NCBI GenBank assembly: GCA_963771175.1
Contig: CAVYSY010000052.1
Span: 96,001 to 160,000, forward strand
Length of the DNA stretch: 64,000 nucleotides
Source: an uncultured delta proteobacterium
GTDB lineage: Bacteria > Myxococcota > Myxococcia > Myxococcales > Myxococcaceae
Reading direction: 5' to 3'
Positions 52,949 through 62,561 of this stretch are shown one piece after another (position 1 is the stretch's first letter; every line of letters begins with the position of its first letter). Position numbers and translations under genes: made by a program. A model generated the notes under the pieces. The model ran no database searches. It had not been told where the DNA came from and was given only the letters and a program-made list of their open reading frames with translations.

Positions 52949-54712
52949 CTAAAGGAAACTAGACGATGAACGCGTGACGAAGACGAGGTCGTCCACGTCA
53001 TCGTAGACGCCGCCGGGGCACGGCTCGGCGCTGCCCGCGTAGCGGAACACGCCTCGCACCGCCTGCAGCGAGCCCGCGGGCAGCACGAACGTCGCCGACA
53101 ACTCCTGCGCCCCCGGCCGGCTCGGCGTGAGCGTCGTCAGGTACGTCCACGCCGGACCGCGCGCGTCCGCCGCCGAGTACAGGTCCAGCCGGTTCGCCTC
53201 CGGGTCCTCGTACGCCCACACCGTGGCCACCACCCGCACCGTCTTCCCCGGCGCCAGGTTCCCCCCATCCACCGTCGTCACCCGCAGGCCCTCGAGCGCC
53301 TCGTCCCGCGCGTGCTTCCCGACCTCGCCATCCCCGCACGAGCCGTGCAGCGTGTTCGGCGCGTTCGCCTCCGGGCCGAGCGGCCCCCGCCCCGACAGCA
53401 GCGTGCCCGAGCCGCACCCCTGCCCCGCCCCCTCGCACCGCGGCGCCCGCAGCTCGGGGTCGTACAGGGCCCGCTCCACGCCACAGCCCTCCGCGCCACA
53501 CTGCCGCGTCTCCACCTCGCACGGGCCGCACTCCAGCGTCCCACCGCAGCCATCCGCCACCGCGCCACACGCCCGGCCCGCCGCCTCGCACGTCAACGGC
53601 AGGCACACCTCCGGCACCACGTACCGCTCGCTCGTGGCCAGCGTCCCCGTCACATCATTGGAGCCGCCCGCCACCAGCACCGCGCCGTCCTCCAGCCGAG
53701 TCACGCCCGCGCCCCGCCGCGCCTCCCGCAGCGCCGGCTCCGCGCTCCACGAGTCCGACGCCGGGTCGTACCGCTCCACCGACGCGAGCGCCCCCGACAG
53801 CACGTGGAAGCCGCCCACCACCAGCACCCGCCCGTCCTCGGCCACCAGCGCCCCGTGCGCCTCGCGCGGCGTGCCCGGCGCCGCCGCCAGCCGCCACTCG
53901 CCGCTCACCGGCTCGTACAGCTCCGCCGTGGCCGCCGCGCGCGCCGTCGTGCCTCCCACCACCAGCACCCGCCCGTCCGGCAACAGCGTCACCGAGTGCC
54001 CCGAGCGGTGCGTCCCCGCCGCGCCTCCCACCGGCCCCGCCTTCGTCCATTGGCCGCTCGTCGGCTCGTACAGCTCCGCCTGCAGTCCGCTCACGAAGAG
54101 CACCTTGCCGCTCGCCAGCACCACGCCCGTCTGGGCCCCGCCGCGCGCGGACGTCGGCGCCCCCGTGCGCGTCCACCGCCCCGTCGCCGGGTCGAACAGC
54201 TCCGCCGAGCGCACCGGGTGCCGGTCCACGTCGAAGCCTCCCGCCACCAGCACGCGCCCGTCCGGCAGCAGCACCGCCGCGGGGTCATTGCGCGCCTCGG
54301 CCATGTCCGGCACCGGCGTCCACCGGCCCGTGCCCGCGTCGTACAGCTCGGCGCTCGCCAGCGCTCCAAAGGAGGCCGAGTACGTGCCGCCCGCCACCAG
54401 CACGCGCCCGTCCCTCAGCGCCACCACCGCGTGGTTGCGCCGGGGCGTGCGCATCGCTCCCACCGCGCGCCACTCCCCTGTCTCCGGGTCGTACACCTCG
54501 CTGCTCGACAGCGTGCGGTTGCCGTCATGTCCCCCCGCCGCCAGCACGCGCCCGTCCGTCAGCGCCACCAGGGGCAGCAGCTTGCGCGGCGTTCCCAGCA
54601 GCGCCTGGGACACCCGCTCCACCGACAGCTCCTCCGGCGGCGGAGCCGAGCTGCACGAGAACACCAGCGTGAAGAGCGCCAGCATGGCGCAGGACGTCGA
54701 AACCCTTTTCAT
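52949..54712 (-). CDS. Kelch-repeat lipoprotein with Cys-rich linker and C-terminal beta domain
   Basis: VFS-C lipobox; about 7 repeats of L.DGRVLV.GG...ELYDP..G.W; CEAAGRACGAVADGCGGTLECGPC. Confidence 0.88.
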   Translation of the reverse strand: MKRVSTSCAMLALFTLVFSCSSAPPPEELSVERVSQALLGTPRKLLPLVALTDGRVLAAGGHDGNRTLSSSEVYDPETGEWRAVGAMRTPRRNHAVVALRDGRVLVAGGTYSASFGALASAELYDAGTGRWTPVPDMAEARNDPAAVLLPDGRVLVAGGFDVDRHPVRSAELFDPATGRWTRTGAPTSARGGAQTGVVLASGKVLFVSGLQAELYEPTSGQWTKAGPVGGAAGTHRSGHSVTLLPDGRVLVVGGTTARAAATAELYEPVSGEWRLAAAPGTPREAHGALVAEDGRVLVVGGFHVLSGALASVERYDPASDSWSAEPALREARRGAGVTRLEDGAVLVAGGSNDVTGTLATSERYVVPEVCLPLTCEAAGRACGAVADGCGGTLECGPCEVETRQCGAEGCGVERALYDPELRAPRCEGAGQGCGSGTLLSGRGPLGPEANAPNTLHGSCGDGEVGKHARDEALEGLRVTTVDGGNLAPGKTVRVVATVWAYEDPEANRLDLYSAADARGPAWTYLTTLTPSRPGAQELSATFVLPAGSLQAVRGVFRYAGSAEPCPGGVYDDVDDLVFVTRSSSSFL

Positions 54713-54868
54713 GACCCTTCCCACTCCGTTCCGAGAGGGACGGGTCTACACGCCGGGTCTGACATCTCCGGACCGCACTTCCCTTGCGATTCCGGGGGGT
54801 TATCGTCCTCCGTCCGACATCTGCGCGGGGCTCGTGCCGCGGCCCGTCATGGGCCCGTCATGGGCCCA

Positions 54869-55204
54869 TCACTGGCTCGTCATGGAGCCGTCCAGGTCGT
54901 GGTGCCAGACGTGCTCCTCGTCCTCCACGTTCACCGGCTCCGCCTCCAGGCCCTCGTGGTGCCGGGGCGGCAGCGCGCCACCGTCATCGTCCTCCAGCTT
55001 CAGCAGGTGCGGCGTGCGGTCGAGGAACACCTCGCCGTCGCGCACGTGGCGCACGTCCGCGTACTCCACCAGGAACTCGTCGCGCGAGAGCCGCCGCGGC
55101 TCCAGCTCGAAGTGGCTCTCCCCCACCGCGCCCACGCGCCCCACCCTCCGCCCGTCCGCGTCCCGCACCACCATTCCCTCGCGCACTTCCTCATGTCCCA
55201 CCAT
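54869..55204 (-). CDS. PRC-barrel/DUF2171-like small protein
   Basis: VREGMVVRDADGRRVGRV..V; GGAGGA RBS. Confidence 0.7.
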   Translation of the reverse strand: MVGHEEVREGMVVRDADGRRVGRVGAVGESHFELEPRRLSRDEFLVEYADVRHVRDGEVFLDRTPHLLKLEDDDGGALPPRHHEGLEAEPVNVEDEEHVWHHDLDGSMTSQ

Positions 55205-55384
55205 GGCGTCCTCCTCTCCTTCTGAGTGGGAAACATCCGGCGCCGCGGCAATGGCCGACGGCTCGCTGGGAGAGCGGGCCGGCGGACAGGGGCTGGCTCC
55301 TCGCCCTGGCGCGCGTGCGGAAGGTGGCGGCGGGGGGCCGCGGGAAGGGCCGGTGCCTAACGTAGGTCCAGAGAGGAGGTCGCC

Positions 55385-55582
55385 ATGCTCCTGGAATTGA
55401 CCGCTTTGGAGGCCCGAGACCTCAAGGAGATCCTGGACTCGTCCCTGAGAGAGTTGCTCGACGAAATCGCCCACGCCGACCACCGCGCCTACCGCGAGAT
55501 GCTGCAGGAGCGCTACAGCCGGCTCGAACAGCTCAACCGGCGGATGGAAGCGGCCGCCGAGAGCGATCAGATCTACGCCTGA
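55385..55582 (+). CDS. Small hypothetical helical protein (65 aa)
   Basis: AGGAGG RBS; MLLELTALEARDL...LLDEIAHADHRAYREML. Confidence 0.7.
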   Translation: MLLELTALEARDLKEILDSSLRELLDEIAHADHRAYREMLQERYSRLEQLNRRMEAAAESDQIYA

Positions 55583-55836
55583 GCCGGGCGAGGGACGTCC
55601 GGCATGCGGCCCAGCGGAGAGCCGCGCTCCGGGAGCCAAGAAGGAGGGCCCGGGCAGGAGGGGCCATCCGAACTGGCGCCCGGACAGGCTGGGTGCGCTC
55701 CGCCCGAGAGGACTGGGAGGCGACAGGCGCTCCGTTCGCCATGCCCTGTGCATCCTGGCTGGCCCAGGCGCATCCTCCAGGCGTGAGGATGTGAGCATGC
55801 GGGCCGTGCCGCGTGTGCTCGGCCGTGGGGGTGGAG

Positions 55837-56838
55837 ATGGCGAGCCCGACCGTGCTGGACACCCCGCTCCCCATGAAGCGGGGACGCTGGTGGTGGGTGC
55901 CCGGCGTCGTCCTGCTGCTCGCCCTCGTGGCCTTCGTGCTCGCGCGCCACACCGAGGAGGAGGAGTTCCTCCGGCTGCTGCGCCAGGCCCGGCCCGGGTG
56001 GCTGCTGGTGGCCCTGGTGCTCCAGATGGCCACCTACCTGTGCGACGGCGTCCTGTGGCAGCGCGTGCTGGCGCGCACGGGAGTGCGGGCCTCGGTGTGG
56101 GAGCTGGCGCGGCTGTCACTGATGAAGCTCACCTTCGATCAAATCATCCCCACGGCCGGCATCGGGGGCTCGCTGATGGTGGCGCGGGGCCTGCGCAAGA
56201 GGGGGGGCACGCCGGGAGCGGCGGCGGCGGCCATCCTCATCACCCTGCTGTGCTTCTACGCGGCCCAGGCGCTCTCGGTGGGGTCGAGCCTCGTCTTCCT
56301 CTGGTCCCACGAGGAGCTCAACGCGCTGGTCCGGTGGCTGGCCACGGCCTTCTCCGTGGTGGCCGTCGCCGTGCCCGTCGTCATCCTGACGGTGGCGGGA
56401 CGCCAACACGGGCGGCCCGGCCGGTGGCTGCGGCGCGTGCCCGGGCTGTCGGCCCTGCTGAAGCTCCTGGCCGAGGTCCCCCCGCGACTGCTACGCGACC
56501 CGCGACTGCTGGCCGAGGGCACCCTGCTCCAGGTGGTCATCTTCGTCCTCGACGCCGCCACCCTGGGCTCGCTCGTGCGGGCGCTGGGCGAGTCCGTCGC
56601 GCTCGGCACCGTCTTCGTCAGCTTCATGATGGCGTCCGTGGCGCAGACGGTGTCCTTCATCCCCGGGGGCGTGGGGACCTTCGAGGCCGCCTCGGTGGCC
56701 ATGCTCTCCTTCCTCGGGGTGCCGGTGGAGGCGGCGCTGACGGCCACCCTGCTGTTACGCGGCTTCACCCTCTGGATACCGTTGCTCCCTGGCTTCTACC
56801 TGTTGCGCTGGAGCGCCCGGCAGGGAGGCCGGACGTGA
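55837..56838 (+). CDS. Lysylphosphatidylglycerol synthase TM-region (flippase-like, UPF0104) protein
   Basis: Multi-TM; IPTAGIGG, IPGGVGTFEA, LLLRGFTLW. Confidence 0.82.
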   Translation: MASPTVLDTPLPMKRGRWWWVPGVVLLLALVAFVLARHTEEEEFLRLLRQARPGWLLVALVLQMATYLCDGVLWQRVLARTGVRASVWELARLSLMKLTFDQIIPTAGIGGSLMVARGLRKRGGTPGAAAAAILITLLCFYAAQALSVGSSLVFLWSHEELNALVRWLATAFSVVAVAVPVVILTVAGRQHGRPGRWLRRVPGLSALLKLLAEVPPRLLRDPRLLAEGTLLQVVIFVLDAATLGSLVRALGESVALGTVFVSFMMASVAQTVSFIPGGVGTFEAASVAMLSFLGVPVEAALTATLLLRGFTLWIPLLPGFYLLRWSARQGGRT

Positions 56839-56891
56839 AGCCTCGGAGGGCAGTAAGGGCTGACCCGAGCACGACAACCTGACACAACAGG

Positions 56892-58145
56892 TCAGTCCCG
56901 CGAGCCCCCACCCTTCTTCTCCAGCTCGCGCAGAATGGCCTCCGGATCATCCTCCTCCTGGAGCACGAAGACGCCCTCGTCGGCGTGCGGCTCCGCGGAC
57001 GCCCTCGGTGAAGGCGGGGGACGCCGCTGCGGGGGCGGAGCGGGGCGTGGCGCCGGCCTCGTCCGCGCGGGCGTCGGGGTGAGCGGCTCCGTCCGAGGCT
57101 CCAGCGGGAGCGGGGCCGGCGGCAACGGGGCCGGTGCCTCCTCCGTGGCCGAGGGCAGGTTCCAGTCCGTCTTCCGGTTCAGCCACTCCCCGTAGCGCGT
57201 GAAGGTCCAGGAGCCATCGGCGGCCCCGGTCTCGATCGCCGACGGCAGCTTGAAGAAGAACCCCTGGCGGATGAGGCTCCTCACCGGCGTGCTGCCCATG
57301 AGAATTTCGCACTCGGGGATGCGGATGCCGAGGTCGTCGCGGTAGCGCAGGCGCTGGCACACCACTCCGACGAGGCAGTCGGCGAGCTGCGCGCACACCG
57401 CTCCTTGTATCTCCGGCGGGAAGGAGGCCACCACGCGCTGGAGCGCCTCGGGCGCGCTGGAGGAGTGGACGGTGGCGAGCACGAGGTGCCCCGTCTCCGC
57501 GGCGTTCAGCGTCAGCCTCATCACCTCCGGCTCGCGCAGCTCGCCAATCATCAGCACGTCCGGGTCCTCCCGCAGCGCATCCACGAGCGCCTGGGCGAAC
57601 GAGGGCGTGTCGCGTCCCACCTCGCGCTGGCGGATGAAGGACTGGCGCGGCGCCAGCGCGTACTCGATGGGGCTCTCCACCGTGATGATGTGGCGGGCCT
57701 CGCTCAGGTTGATTTCATTGAGCAGCGCCGCGAGGGTGGACGTCTTGCCCATGCCGGTGGGGCCACTCACCAGCACGAGCCCGTGAGCGGGCTCGATGAG
57801 GCGCCGCAGCTCCGGGTGCAGGTTGAGCTTCTTGAGCGTGGCCTGCGAGGACGCGAGCAGGCGGATGGCGAAGCCCACCCCGCGCGCGCTGCGCAGGATG
57901 TTGATGCGGCACCGCTGCCCCTCGAGGTTGTACGAGCCGTCGTACGAGCAGCGCTCGATGAACGCGGGCCAGTCGCTCTCCCCGATGATGTCCCGAGCCA
58001 TCTCGGTGAGCGCCGCGGCGGGAACGGGCTCGCCGGTGAGCCGCAGTTCGCCGCGAACCCGCAGGGCCATGGGCATTCCGCCCTCGAGATGGATGTCACT
58101 CGCGCCCTGCTCCCGGGCGAGCCTGATGATGGATTCGAGCCTCAT
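56892..58145 (-). CDS. PilT/PilU family type IV pilus retraction ATPase paralog with Pro-rich tail
   Basis: GASDIHL, GPTGMGKT, ITVESPIE, QREVG, ALREDPDVLMIGELR, AETGHLVLATVH. Confidence 0.9.
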   Translation of the reverse strand: MRLESIIRLAREQGASDIHLEGGMPMALRVRGELRLTGEPVPAAALTEMARDIIGESDWPAFIERCSYDGSYNLEGQRCRINILRSARGVGFAIRLLASSQATLKKLNLHPELRRLIEPAHGLVLVSGPTGMGKTSTLAALLNEINLSEARHIITVESPIEYALAPRQSFIRQREVGRDTPSFAQALVDALREDPDVLMIGELREPEVMRLTLNAAETGHLVLATVHSSSAPEALQRVVASFPPEIQGAVCAQLADCLVGVVCQRLRYRDDLGIRIPECEILMGSTPVRSLIRQGFFFKLPSAIETGAADGSWTFTRYGEWLNRKTDWNLPSATEEAPAPLPPAPLPLEPRTEPLTPTPARTRPAPRPAPPPQRRPPPSPRASAEPHADEGVFVLQEEDDPEAILRELEKKGGGSRD

Positions 58146-58170
58146 GCCTTCCCCTCCAGACACAGGGGTT

Positions 58171-58188
58171 TAGCAAGGGGGATGCCGA
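58171..58188 (-). promoter_or_regulatory. Putative sigma-54 promoter of the PilT-family gene
   Basis: Minus strand TCGGCATCCCCCTTGCTA = (C)GGCAT-N5-TTGCT, GG-N10-GC. Confidence 0.6.
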
Positions 58189-58361
58189 CTCATCACCGGG
58201 CCCGTCCTCCCAGGAGTGCGGGCCGGAACATGCCAACGTGTCCGAGTGACGGAAAGGGGACGCGACAGTCTGTCCGGACGTGCGGGGGATTGGCCACCTC
58301 CAGCCCCCGTGAGAGCCAGGCGCACCAGTCAACGTGCCGCTGCCGCCAGAGGCGAGCCGGC

Positions 58362-59117
58362 TCAGGACCTTCGGGCATATTGCCGCAGGGCAAAGGCAGC
58401 GCCTTGCGGGTCCTCGCACTGAGCGACACGGTCGCCACCGGAGAGCTGCATCGGTTGTTCGTTCAGCACCCGGCCACCGAGAGACCGCACCTTCTCGACC
58501 GTGGCCTCGAGGTCATCCACCGTCAGGTAGAAGAGCCAGTGGGTGTGGATGGACGGGATGCGTGCCGTGTTGACCATGCCGCCCACGTTCCGCCCGGCCC
58601 CGTCCCAGGTAAACAGCTGATACGTCCCCACCTCGGGCCCCAGCTCCAAGGCCTCGGTCGCCCGCCATCCGAACAGCTCCGAGTAGCTGGACCACGCGTG
58701 CTCACGGTCGATCGTGTTGAGCTCGTGCCACGCGACAGCCCCGAGGCCCACGCCACTCCTTCCGGAGCTCATCGCGAATACCGCGCCTTGCGGGTCCTTG
58801 AGGATGGCGACGCGTTGGCCCTGCGCGGGCTGCTGCACGGGGCCCAGCATCTGGCCACCGAGCGCCACGAAGCGACGCGCCGCTGCATCGACGTCGTCGA
58901 CGCCGATATGGCCGAGCCAGTGCGCCGGGGCTCCTTGGGCCCGCGCCCGCTCGGGCAATGCCATCAGTTCGCCCACGCGCTGCTCGCCCGCCCAGAACAC
59001 CCGGGATTCGCCCGACCGTTGGACCTGCCATCCCATGAGGCCTGCGTAGAACGCCTGGGCCGCCTCCAAGTCCGTGGTTCTCAGGTCGTACGAAACGAAC
59101 GTGCAGGGAGTCGCCAT
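58362..59117 (-). CDS. VOC family (glyoxalase/bleomycin resistance) two-domain protein
   Basis: AFYAGLMGW..WLGHIGVDDVD..DPQGAVF, repeated as WHEL..YSELFGW..DPQGAAF; AGGAGG-like RBS. Confidence 0.9.
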   Translation of the reverse strand: MATPCTFVSYDLRTTDLEAAQAFYAGLMGWQVQRSGESRVFWAGEQRVGELMALPERARAQGAPAHWLGHIGVDDVDAAARRFVALGGQMLGPVQQPAQGQRVAILKDPQGAVFAMSSGRSGVGLGAVAWHELNTIDREHAWSSYSELFGWRATEALELGPEVGTYQLFTWDGAGRNVGGMVNTARIPSIHTHWLFYLTVDDLEATVEKVRSLGGRVLNEQPMQLSGGDRVAQCEDPQGAAFALRQYARRS

Positions 59118-59196
59118 CGCCTCTTTCTCGGGTTCAACCCGCCGCCACGTCATGCGGCAGCGGGATGCGGTGAGTGTCCGCCAGGGAGATGCGGAG

Positions 59197-60653
59197 TCAA
59201 CCCCGCTCGAGGGAGCGTTTCGTCCCGGCTGCCGCCGCGAGGCAGGTGCGCAGGCGCCGGAGTCCCTCGTCGATGCGCGCTGTCGGCATCGAGCCATAGC
59301 CGAGCACCAGGCCAGGCTGAGCGGGAGTGCTCGTGTAGTAGCGGGAGAGCGCGACGAGTCCGACTCCCGCCGCCTTCGCACGCACCACCGCCTCCCGCTC
59401 CAGCTTCAGGTCGCCCCGCCGGAAGGTCGCGCTCAGGTGCAGGCCCGCCATGGAGGGGAGGGGCTGGAGCCAGTCGCCGAAGTGGCGCGCCAATCCCTCC
59501 GCGACGCGCTCATGCCGGCTCTCGTATTCGCGTCGCATCTTGCGGATGTGCCGCGCGAGGAGCCCCTCGTCGATGAAGCGCGCGAGCGCCGCCTGCGTCG
59601 GAAGCTGGCCGTGCCAGTCACTCACGCGCCTGGCCGCCGGAGCTCCCTCTGGAGGAGGGCGGGAGCGATGAGGAACCCCAGGCGCAGCGCCGGGAGCATG
59701 ACCTTCGAGAACGAGCCGACGTAGATGACTCGGCCGCAGCGGTCCAGGCCATGCAGCGTCTCCAGCGGACGGCCACCGAAGCGGAACTCGCTGTCGTAGT
59801 CGTCTTCGATCACCACCGCGTCCCGTTGCTCCGCCCAGTCGAGCAGCGCGCTCCGCCGGGCGGGCGACATGGGCATGCCGAGCGGGAACTGGTGCGAGGG
59901 AGTGACGTAGACGAGCGCGCGTCCGGTCCGGCAGCGCACGCACCTCGAGGCCCTCGGCGTCGACGGGAACGCGGGACGACGCGCGCCCCCAGGGACTGGA
60001 ACAGCAGCCGGGCAGGCGGATAGCCCGGCTCCTCCACGGCGACGCAGTCCCCCGGCTCGATGAGCACCCGCCCGATGAGGTCGAGCGCCTGCTGCGCGCC
60101 GTTCGTGACGATGACGTCCTCCCGCGTCCGCGCGCACGCCACGCGCGACACCGACATGCCGGGCCACCGCTTCTCGTAGCCCGGGGTGACCGGCCGCCTC
60201 GCCGTATCCCGCCGGCATCGCGGCGGCACGCAACTGGCGCGTCATCAGCCGACGCCACGCCTCGAAGGGAAAGAGCTGCGCATCCGGAATGCCGACGCGA
60301 AAGTCATAGGCGGAGGGGGCCTCGGGTGCGCCCGGGGCGGGCTGCTCGCTCCAGAAGGCCCGGGCGCGCAGGTGCACCCCGGAGCTCGCTCGAGGCCGGC
60401 CGCCACGCGCGGGTGCTTCGCCCTGGACGAAGCTGCCCGCCCGGGGGCGGCCCGCCAGCAGCCCCTCGGCGGTGAGCCATTCATAGGCAACGCTCACCGT
60501 GTTGCGGGACACCTTCAGGCGCCGGGCCAGCTCCCGGGTGGGCGGCACCCGTTCTCCCCGTCGCAGGCGCCCATCGAGGATGGCCGTGCGCAGCTCGCGG
60601 TAGATCTGCCCGGCGAGGTCTCTCCGGCTCTGGAGGTTGACGTGAAGGTCCAT
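59197..60653 (-). CDS. MocR/GabR-type GntR regulator with PLP-dependent domain; frameshifted
   Basis: PPTRELARRLKVSRNTV HTH; YVTPSHQFPLG, IEDDYDSEF, GSFSKVMLPALRLG; indels near 60120, 59950 and 59630. Confidence 0.9.
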
Positions 60654-60756
60654 GCGAACCGGACCCATAGATTGGCCCAATGAGATTCGTCAATTCTGGC
60701 TCCGCCATCAGGCCAGTGCCGCGGGCACTCTGTCGTCACTTCTCGACGGAGACCGC

Positions 60757-61215
60757 ATGACTCTCGCCAATCCCTTCGCTTCGCACCCCATCGACACCGA
60801 GCGCATCCCGTGGATTCCGATGGGGCCTCCCGGGCTCTCGTTCAAGCCGCTCCGCTTCTTCCGGGACGGCAGCGGCTGGACCTATCTCTTCCGGCTGGAG
60901 CCCGGCACCCGCATTCCGCGGCACCGGCACACCGGCGAGGTGCACGGGTTCAACCTCGCGGGCAGGCGCAAGCTCCTCGATACCGGGGAAGAGATTGGCC
61001 CGGGCACCTACGTCTATGAGCCGCCCGGCAACGTCGACAGTTGGATGGCCGTCGGCGACGAGCCGGTGGTTCTCCTCATCACCGTGCGCGGCGCGATCGA
61101 ATACCTGGGGAAGGACGACGAGGTCGTCGGCCAGGTGACGTCGAGCGACCGGCTCGAGACCTACCAGCGCTGGTGCGAGGAGAACGGCGCCGAATTCCTC
61201 GCGACCCGCGAGTGA
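60757..61215 (+). CDS. Cupin (ChrR-like / 2,4'-dihydroxyacetophenone dioxygenase family)
   Basis: IPW, KPL, IPRHRHTGEVHGF, YVYEPPG; divergent from the MocR regulator. Confidence 0.82.
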   Translation: MTLANPFASHPIDTERIPWIPMGPPGLSFKPLRFFRDGSGWTYLFRLEPGTRIPRHRHTGEVHGFNLAGRRKLLDTGEEIGPGTYVYEPPGNVDSWMAVGDEPVVLLITVRGAIEYLGKDDEVVGQVTSSDRLETYQRWCEENGAEFLATRE

Positions 61216-61254
61216 CGCTCCGGAGGCCCATCGGAAGGTGTGCGTCGGAAGGTG

Positions 61255-61707
61255 TCAGAGACTCGTACTGCTGAAGGTCACGGTTCTTCCGCGCAGCCGC
61301 ACCACCAGCAGCGTGACGCACAGTGCGCACAAAACGCCGAGGAAGAGGGTGCTGAACAACGGCGCCTTCCACGCGCCGGAGTGACCCGCGAGGATCATCG
61401 CTGTCTTTCGCGGACGCGGATCCACCAGCACCCGCACGGTGGAGCCCTCGGGATATTGGGTGTACTGCGTCTGGCCCACCTGGATGCGTGACTGCAGATT
61501 CGGCTGCACGCTGTTCCCAGAGAGCCGGACATCGAGGAAGTAGCTGGTGGGCTTGCCTCCCTGCCACTCCCGGCCCACCACCACGCCGGTCTCCTGAACA
61601 CCCACTTTCGTGAGCAGGGACGCGGTGCGGTACTCCCGGAACGACATGACCGTGCCCACGAACGATACGAGCGCGACCACCGCGGCGATCAGGATCTGAC
61701 GGTTCAT
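61255..61707 (-). CDS. DUF3592-like two-TM membrane protein
   Basis: N- and C-terminal TM; GVQETGVVV and GSTVRVLVDP; GGAG-free weak RBS. Confidence 0.6.
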   Translation of the reverse strand: MNRQILIAAVVALVSFVGTVMSFREYRTASLLTKVGVQETGVVVGREWQGGKPTSYFLDVRLSGNSVQPNLQSRIQVGQTQYTQYPEGSTVRVLVDPRPRKTAMILAGHSGAWKAPLFSTLFLGVLCALCVTLLVVRLRGRTVTFSSTSL

Positions 61708-61737
61708 ACCGCTGCGGAGGCTACCAGAAACCCCACC

Positions 61738-61802
61738 CGCCTCCTGGGCGCGCATTTCAGAAACCTGTCCGACTGTCGGACAGGTTTTTCAAGACCGCGC
61801 CC
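61738..61802. repeat. REP-like palindromic element, copy 4 (inverted relative to copy 1)
   Basis: Core at 61761-61787; reverse complement GGGCGCGGTCTTGAAAAACCTGTCCGACAGTCGGACAGGTTTCTGAAATGCGCGCCC differs from copy 1 at one position. Confidence 0.88.
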
Positions 61803-61868
61803 GGCAGCCCCCCTTCCGCCCATGTCGATGCGCTGTTGCGTGATGTTCCTCTACGTCTGAAACTCGAA

Positions 61869-62561
61869 TCAAATCGCCAGGAGAGAAGGCAGCTCCGCAA
61901 CGGACTGAAGCGTGAACCGGGGCGCCGGCAAATGGGCCGGCAAAGGCAGAGCCTTGGCGTTTATCCAGCAGAAATCCATACCCGCGTTCAGAGAACCCAG
62001 ATAATCGCTGGTGAGGGAGTCACCGACCATGAGGGTATGGGCGGGGGCGGTCTTCAGCTCCATCAGCGCGATGTCGAAAATCTCCTTCTGGGGCTTCGAC
62101 GTGGCGACCTCCTCGGAGATGACGAAGGACTGAAACCACCGTCCCAAGGAGAGGTGGTGATATTTCGCCTTCTGGATGTGGGTAATCCCGTTGGTGACGA
62201 TGCCCAACCTATATCGACGCTCGAGCAAGGAGAGCGCTTCCGCCGTGCCCGGTATCCAGCGCGCGGTCGTACCCAGCTCGTTCTCATAGAAGGCAGCCAC
62301 CCGCTCCGCCTCCATGCTTGCTCCCAGGGCCTCTGAAAGAAGCTGGAATCGCTTCAGCCGGAGCTGACCTACTGGCAGCTGGGTGCTTTCCACTGCCTTC
62401 CACAACGATTGATTTATCTGATGAAAGCGGCTGTTGAAGGCCTCCTTTTCCGCGAAGGCCCTGTAGAAACTCTCATAGACGAGCGCCAGCGCCGAGGTCT
62501 CCGAGGCCTTGAAGTCAATCAAGGTGTCATCGAGGTCGAAGAGGATGCCCTGGTAGCTCAT
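61869..62561 (-). CDS. HAD hydrolase, YjjG-family pyrimidine nucleotidase
   Basis: ILFDLDDTL, IVTNG, ISEEV..KP, MVGDSLTSD. Confidence 0.9.
   Translation of the reverse strand: MSYQGILFDLDDTLIDFKASETSALALVYESFYRAFAEKEAFNSRFHQINQSLWKAVESTQLPVGQLRLKRFQLLSEALGASMEAERVAAFYENELGTTARWIPGTAEALSLLERRYRLGIVTNGITHIQKAKYHHLSLGRWFQSFVISEEVATSKPQKEIFDIALMELKTAPAHTLMVGDSLTSDYLGSLNAGMDFCWINAKALPLPAHLPAPRFTLQSVAELPSLLAI

Noticed and set aside
54841..54871. Tandem GGCCCGTCATG repeats; similar TCGGAAGGTGT pair at 61231-61255
   Set aside because: Two to three short copies at gene ends; no evidence of function.
13425..61787. Palindromic 27-bp repeat as a CRISPR repeat
   Set aside because: Copies are 9-28 kb apart, with no spacer array and no cas genes.
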